From Octopus sinensis (Eukaryota), in the NCBI RefSeq assembly GCF_006345805.1, contig NC_043001.1, positions 28,210,001-28,274,000 on the forward strand: a stretch of DNA of 64,000 nucleotides. The letters are read 5' to 3'. The notes under the pieces are model-generated. The model did no database searches and had not been told where the DNA came from. It saw only the letters and a list, made by a program, of their open reading frames with translations. Each line of letters starts with the position of its first letter. Position 1 is the first letter of the stretch. The position numbers and the translations under genes are program-made. This document shows positions 57,422-64,000 of this stretch, in pieces.

Positions 57422-58049
57422 TCATATATTTTTATTTAAATGATAAGTTTTACAGATTTTTATGTATGTATGTATGTATGTATGTATGTATGCATGCATA
57501 TATCCATCCCTATTTCTCTATGTGTTTTTTTTCCCCGAAAACATTGTAGCACATATATTCGTGATATGAAACAACAGTTAGTTTACTAATGCTAATCTTC
57601 TAGAGAACCATGTTTATGAAATGCGACTATAAACCATTTACTTCAATACACACGTATTTATTAGTCTGGAAGCCTACTGCTACACAATTTCTACCTCTAA
57701 AAATATCACATTCGGTTGCATCTATACCACAGATGAAAAAAAAACTTCCATTTCAATCAAGAACGATTTTCAATGCACAATTCACTTTACGCAAAATATG
57801 AAAAACAAAATATGCAATATAATATCAATAGTTTTCCATTCGACTATTCCATAGTTTATTCTTTTGCTCATTTAGTTCTACATTTGTTTATATATTCTTT
57901 AACTTCTTTCCATTTTCTGTTTTTCTTTTTTTTTTTTCAATTAAATTATTGGGAATATTAAATATCGAAGGTGAAAGATCAGACAAAAAGAAAATTATAG
58001 TTTGTAGAAAATCTTTAATTTTAAATCTTCTAGATGATTATAATAATAA

Positions 58050-58090
<41 letters not shown>

Positions 58091-58222
58091 TAATAACAAT
58101 AATAACAATAATAATAATAATAATAATAATAATAATTATAGGCAAACAAATTGAAAAATACTATGTAGAAAACACCCAGAAATCTGAAAATTAAGATGTA
58201 TGAAACGAGACCAACTAATGCA

Positions 58223-58236
58223 GTTCTCATGGCAAC
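58223..58236. promoter_or_regulatory. Candidate RFX X-box
   Basis: gttctcatggcaac in non-repeat sequence. Confidence 0.3.
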
Positions 58237-58573
58237 GAACATATCGATAGCTTTGGAAAATCAATAGTTTTGTCAACGTGAACCCGATATCTCAAGCATT
58301 ATTTAATCAAATAATCCTAACTCTTCGAAAACATTAAGATGATCAGTAATCTTACATGTGGAAAACAACAACAACGCGACTTTTGCAGTGTATCTACATC
58401 CAGTAATTGTCAAGTGGAAGGATCACACGCCTAATAAAGCGGTAAAAATTGCACGCACCTAAATATAAGTTGCAGACTGGAGGCGTAAACTAAGACCAAT
58501 TTGAATTACTGATTAAGGTCAAATTTTTTTTTTGTTGGGAGGCTATTGTATAATAAATCAAAACCTTTATTCA

Positions 58574-59083
<510 letters not shown>

Positions 59084-59339
59084 CCCCAGAAAGATAAAAG
59101 CTGAATCGCCTCCGGCAGTAATATGGGTTGTGAATACACTACAAACAAAAGAATAGCTTACTTTGCAACCATGTGGTTTCGAGTCCAGGCTCACACCATG
59201 GCACTTTCGTCTGGTGTTTTCTATTTTTCCCCTTGGGTTGACTATTGCCTTGGGAGTGGATTTCGTTGAAGCTGTGTAGTAGCCCACCGTATACAGCATG
59301 TGTGTGTTACTGTGTGCGTATGTATACATGTATGTCTTT

Positions 59340-60085
59340 CTTTCCTTCTTTCCTGAGCGTCCAATAATACTATAATTGTTCCACGTCCTCGCGTTGTTGT
59401 GTTTTTTTGTGCTTTCTTGTTTGGATTAACTACATATGGTATGTGACCTCGTCTGTATCACTAGCGATTTTTCCCCCCTGTCTTCCCTTCTCGGGATCTT
59501 TCCTTCTCCTATGTTTCCGACGAAGAGCTCCGCTCGAAACGTTAAACCCTCCTTCTTCCCTTCTTTCCTGAGCGTCCAATAATACTTTATTTGTTCCACG
59601 TCCTCGCGTTGTTGTGTTTTTTTTGTGCTTTCTTGTTTGGATTAACTATATATGGTATGTGACCTCGTCTGTATCACTAGCGATTTTTCCCCCCTGTCTT
59701 CCCTTCTCGGGATCTTTCCTTCTCCTATGTTTCCGACGAAGAGCTCCGCTCGAAACGTTAAACCCTCCTTCTTCCCTTCTTTCCTGAGCGTCCAATAATA
59801 CTATAATTGTTCCACGTCCTCGCGTTGTTGTGTTTTTTTTGTGCTTTCTTGTTTGGATTAACTATATATGGTATGTGACCTCGTCTGTATCACTAGCGAT
59901 TTTTCCCCCCTGTCTTCCCTTCTCGGGATCTTTCCTTCTCCTATGTTTCCGACGAAGAGCTCCGCTTGAAACGTCAAACCCTCCTTCTTCCCTTCTTTCC
60001 TGAGCGTCCAATAATACTTTATTTGTTCCACGTCCTCGCGTTGTTGTGTTTTTTTTTGTGCTTTCTTGTTTGGATTAACTATATA
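59340..60085 (+). repeat. 216-bp tandem array (~3.45 units) with one hammerhead-like motif per unit (retrozyme/Penelope-like)
   Basis: ccgacgaagagc at 59517, 59733, 59949; units almost identical; ends in (TA)n. Confidence 0.9.
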
Positions 60086-60103
60086 TATGTATATATATAT
60101 ATA

Positions 60104-60246
60104 TATATTAAAATTATAATAAGGGCGATGAATAATTACAACACCTGTTTGCTAGAAATAGACCCGAAATGGTCTATAAACCATTTGAGGTCTCTTTCTA
60201 GCAGACAGGCATTGTAATTATTCATCGCCCTTATAATTTTGATATA
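60104..60246. repeat. Fold-back element, ~68-bp imperfect arms, 6-nt loop
   Basis: tatattaaaattataa(ta)agggcgatgaataattacaa... pairs with ...ttgtaattattcatcgcccttataattttgatata. Confidence 0.88.
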
Positions 60247-60665
60247 AATTAACTCTTATGGTATTATTAGTATGCTGGCCACTGTTAATGACTTTATCTT
60301 AATAATGTATTAAAATATGTGTGTGCGTGTGTGTGTGTGTATGTGTGTGTGTGTGTGTTCTTTCAGTTTCCGTCTACCAAATCCACTCATAAGGCTTTGG
60401 TCGGCCCGAGGCTATAGTAGAAGACACTTGCCCAAGTTGCCACTCAGTGCGACTGAACCCTGAACCATGTGGCTTGTAAGCAAGATACTTACCACACAGC
60501 CACTCCTGAGAATTTTAAATTCGGCAAAGTTCCTCTCACCCCAGATATAAAGAAACTCGTTTTCTTCTACTTCTACGGAGTGTCTGTGAAAAACACAGAG
60601 AGAGGCGGAAGAGCGAGAGAGAAGGAGAAGGAAAGAGAGAATGACAGAGAAAGAAAGAGAAAGAA

Positions 60666-60733
<68 letters not shown>

Positions 60734-60992
60734 AATTTGTCCCCAGTGCATAATATCGAGTCCGAAAAGCTAAGTTTACTTCGGTGGGAATAGCGCCTGA
60801 ACAAATTACGCTGTAACATCTCTGCTATCTCGCTTCTTAGTGTTGAGAATCCATTAACTGAGAACACATCAACTGAACATGGACTAAATGCAACTTCAAT
60901 TAATATCTATTTGACCGTACCTTAATACATTTACCTAATTTGTTCCGTTCTCTCTTCTTATCGCCCATATTATGTCTGTCTCTCAGGTTTCT

Positions 60993-61592
60993 TATTTCTT
61001 TATTGCCCACAAGGAGCTAAATATAGAGGGGACAAACAAGGACAGACAAACGGATTAAGTCGATTATATCAACCCCAGTGCCTAACTGGTACTTATTTAA
61101 TCGACCCCGGAAAGATGAAAGGCAAAGTCGACCTCGGCGGAATTTCAACTCAGAACGTAACGGCAGACGAAATCCTATTTCTTTACTACCCACAAGGGGC
61201 TAAACACAGAGGAGACAAACAAGGACAGACAGACGGATTAAGTCGATTACATCGACCCCGGTGTGTAACTGGTACTTATTTAATCGACCCCGAAAGGATG
61301 AAAGGCGAAGTCGACTTCGGTGGAATTCGAACTCAGAACGTAGCAGCAGACGAAATACCTATTGCTATTTCTTTACTACCAACAAGGGGCTAAACACAGA
61401 GAGGACAAACAAGAACAGACAAACGGATTAAGTCGATTATATCGATCCCAGTGCGTAACTGGTACTTAATTTATCGACCCCGAAAGGATGAAAGGCAAAG
61501 TCAACCTCGGCGGAATTTGAACACAGAATGTAACGGCTGACGAAATACCGCTAAGTATTTCGCCCGACGTGCTAACATTTCTGCCAGCTCAC
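60993..61592 (-). mobile_element. SINE family A trimer
   Basis: One head plus three units; TSD ctctcaggtttct at 60980-60992 and 61593-61605. Confidence 0.92.
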
Positions 61593-62252
61593 CTCTCAGG
61601 TTTCTCCCATTCAACTTCTTTCCAATCATTCCTCTACCGAACGTAAATCTCATAGAGTCCCTCCATACCTATATTTTCCTTGCAGACGTCAAATTGAAGC
61701 TGCTCTAGAGCATCACCATTATTTAATATATACGGGGAGCATTCATGTTTGTATTGTGTGTGTGTATGTGTTTGTGTGTGCGTGCGTATGAAGATAAATA
61801 TTTACATCCATTCCATAATGCTGAAGTGCCAACTGCATAAATGTAATCACGTTTCTTTATGTTTAAATTCCATGTGCGTTTGAAACCCAAACGTTGAGAT
61901 ATACTTGAAAAGCTGTTGTTGAGTAGATGGACTCCTTTTGAAAAAAAAAAAAAAAGAAAATAACATTTTTCGTTTAAAAAACAGAAATTTTCAAATGTAT
62001 AAGAACTAGGTTGTTGTTTTTTTTTATTACTACATTTTGCTATTATTTTGTCGTTAACCAGGAAGTTGTTTTGATAAGAAAACTGAACAAGCTTATAGTT
62101 TATGTTGTACAAGAATTTAATCGTAAATGTAAACTCTTCAATATATTACTTCTGCAAATACAACGATTTTTCCTGAATGACTCTGATAAACATCTGATAT
62201 TTACAGAGAAGATTGAGTGTGTATATGTGTCTGCTCGTGTGTGTGTGTGTGT

Positions 62253-62287
<35 letters not shown>

Positions 62288-63830
62288 ATTATCATTATTT
62301 GTTTTCTTGTAAGGAGTCATCCCACGGTTAAATGTTGAATAATTGGAAGCATTCTAAGATTAGGCAAAAACATTCCAAAAGTACAAAAATGGAAACAAAT
62401 AAAAAAAATAATAATAATATCAATGCTAATAATAATACAAGAAATTTCTTCCTTTTTAAACCAACAATGAATTTAATGGAGCCAAAAAGTTATCAAATGG
62501 AGAAACAAGTTTAATTTCCTTTGAGATGCTTCCATTCCGTTTAAGCGTGACCAATCTATGCTTTTCAAAGTTTCTTCGATAGAATGCCAATTAAGAGACC
62601 GGGTTTTGATTAGACAGATCAAACGCCCTCTTGTAAACCAACTGAAATAAATGCTTGCATTTTAGTGTAAATATTGACATAACTTTGGTTGTTTTCCTTC
62701 CATCAGTATCTAAATTCTTGTCCGACAGCAACTGCGAACATAGACCTACGTCCGGCATTTCCTTCGAGTGTAGAAAACCAGTCGATAAATGCTGAAACGA
62801 AACGATTCAGGCGTCCCTATTGACTTGCGTGAATGAACTTCGGCTCTTGTGTAATAATAGATCCAAACACTGGTGGGGTGAGGTGGGGGGAAGATGGGGC
62901 TGGGGTTGATAATTGGAAACCTGATTACTTCGGTGCATGTCTTGAATGAAACCTTGTATTTTCTATTTGAATAGACACAGTGTCTCCCTTAGGAAAAAAC
63001 GAAAATATAAAGTAAGGAGGAAAACTTAATCCAACTTAGCAAAGTCATCACTACTGCAATAAATAATACGAAAATAAAATGTAAGTAAACTATGTTAATC
63101 GTTTTTTTGTGTTATTTTGTTGTTGTTTTTTGTATTTTTGCTGTTTTCCCTAATTTTACAAAGATAATTGAAGTGATGGTGGTTGGTTGTATTGGTTTCT
63201 GAGTTTGTCAAATATTGAGCAAATTTTATTATGGTGGTAATGTAATATGTGATAATAAAAGTAATGGAAGTCTATTAATATCTTTCCTATTTTAGAAGAT
63301 ATTATTATTAATTCATAAAATTCAGATTTAAAATGAAAATAAATGAATAGAATAAATTACACATCGTTATACATAAAAAATGCTATAATAAAATATATAA
63401 TATCATCACCGTGTTATAAGAAAATATTGAGAAAATCATGAAAGGCAATACAGAATACTATTCGTCTCCAATCTGCCTTTTTTAAAAAAATGAAAAAAAG
63501 CTATAATTTATAACAATAAAACTGTGTACGACTTGTGGATCTACATAAAAACAAGTGCAGACGCCTGAATGTTCTATTTAAAGAAAATCACAAATAAGCA
63601 AGGGTGAGGTAAGGCAGCGCATTGATTATTGTAACCCCATCCTGACCTCGATGGGTGACGTCGACGGAGTTGGTAGTCAGTTTGATCATCTGTAAGTGAA
63701 TTCCTTCAGAAGAAATATAGGCAAATAATTTTTTTCAGTGGGGTGAACTTCTGTGGTGAAATGACTGGAAAAGCATACTTTGTGCGTGGGGCGTACGAGA
63801 GAGTGCGGGAGGGAGATTTTGGGTGCATTA

Positions 63831-64000
63831 CGAGGGGTGCTGAAAAGTTCCTGGCTATGGATAAAAGAAAATACAGAAGGATCAGTTAATTATGGTTCTA
63901 TTCCACATACTTCCCTCTCAGATTCACACATTTATTGCAGCGGTCCTTCAGTTTTTCTAAACCCTGTAAAAGAACTCGGAAGGATGGGCCTCCAACCAAG
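63831..64000. mobile_element. Tc1/mariner-like element end (continues beyond window)
   Basis: TA|CGAGGGGTGCTGAAAAGTTCCTGGC resembles mariner TIRs with a TA target; other end not in window. Confidence 0.6.

Noticed and set aside
59340-60085. Possible CRISPR array or plain satellite
   Set aside because: No unique spacers; the hammerhead-like motif and TA flank point to a retroelement-derived array
62872-62906. G-quadruplex-like G runs
   Set aside because: Common in such genomes, with no supporting context

Overview
Repeat-saturated, AT-rich eukaryotic non-coding DNA (intergenic or a giant intron). The SINE repertoire and microsatellite load look like an octopus/coleoid cephalopod genome; this is recognition from memory, not a database result. 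No protein-coding gene can be supported: almost every listed ORF is a read-through of microsatellites or SINEs. The window contains about 40 copies of at least five tRNA-headed SINE families (many with TSDs), a non-autonomous Helitron, a mariner-like end, two LINE 3' fragments, many simple repeats and a 100-N gap (17006-17105). The most interesting signal is RNA structure inside small Penelope-like/retrozyme-type repeats. (1) A hammerhead-like motif whose three core strands occur in a scrambled, non-circularly-permuted order, with matching spacings in two sequence-divergent families (55.8 and 38.8 kb; 35.7, 36.6 and 31.6 kb). (2) A tRNA-headed element carrying a canonical minimal hammerhead, present as a fold-back dimer (40.5-41.6 kb). 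(3) A 216-bp tandem array with one variant hammerhead per unit (59.3-60.1 kb). Several fold-back inversions and self-multimerising SINEs are also present. All ribozyme calls are by-eye structure predictions and need covariance and cleavage tests.
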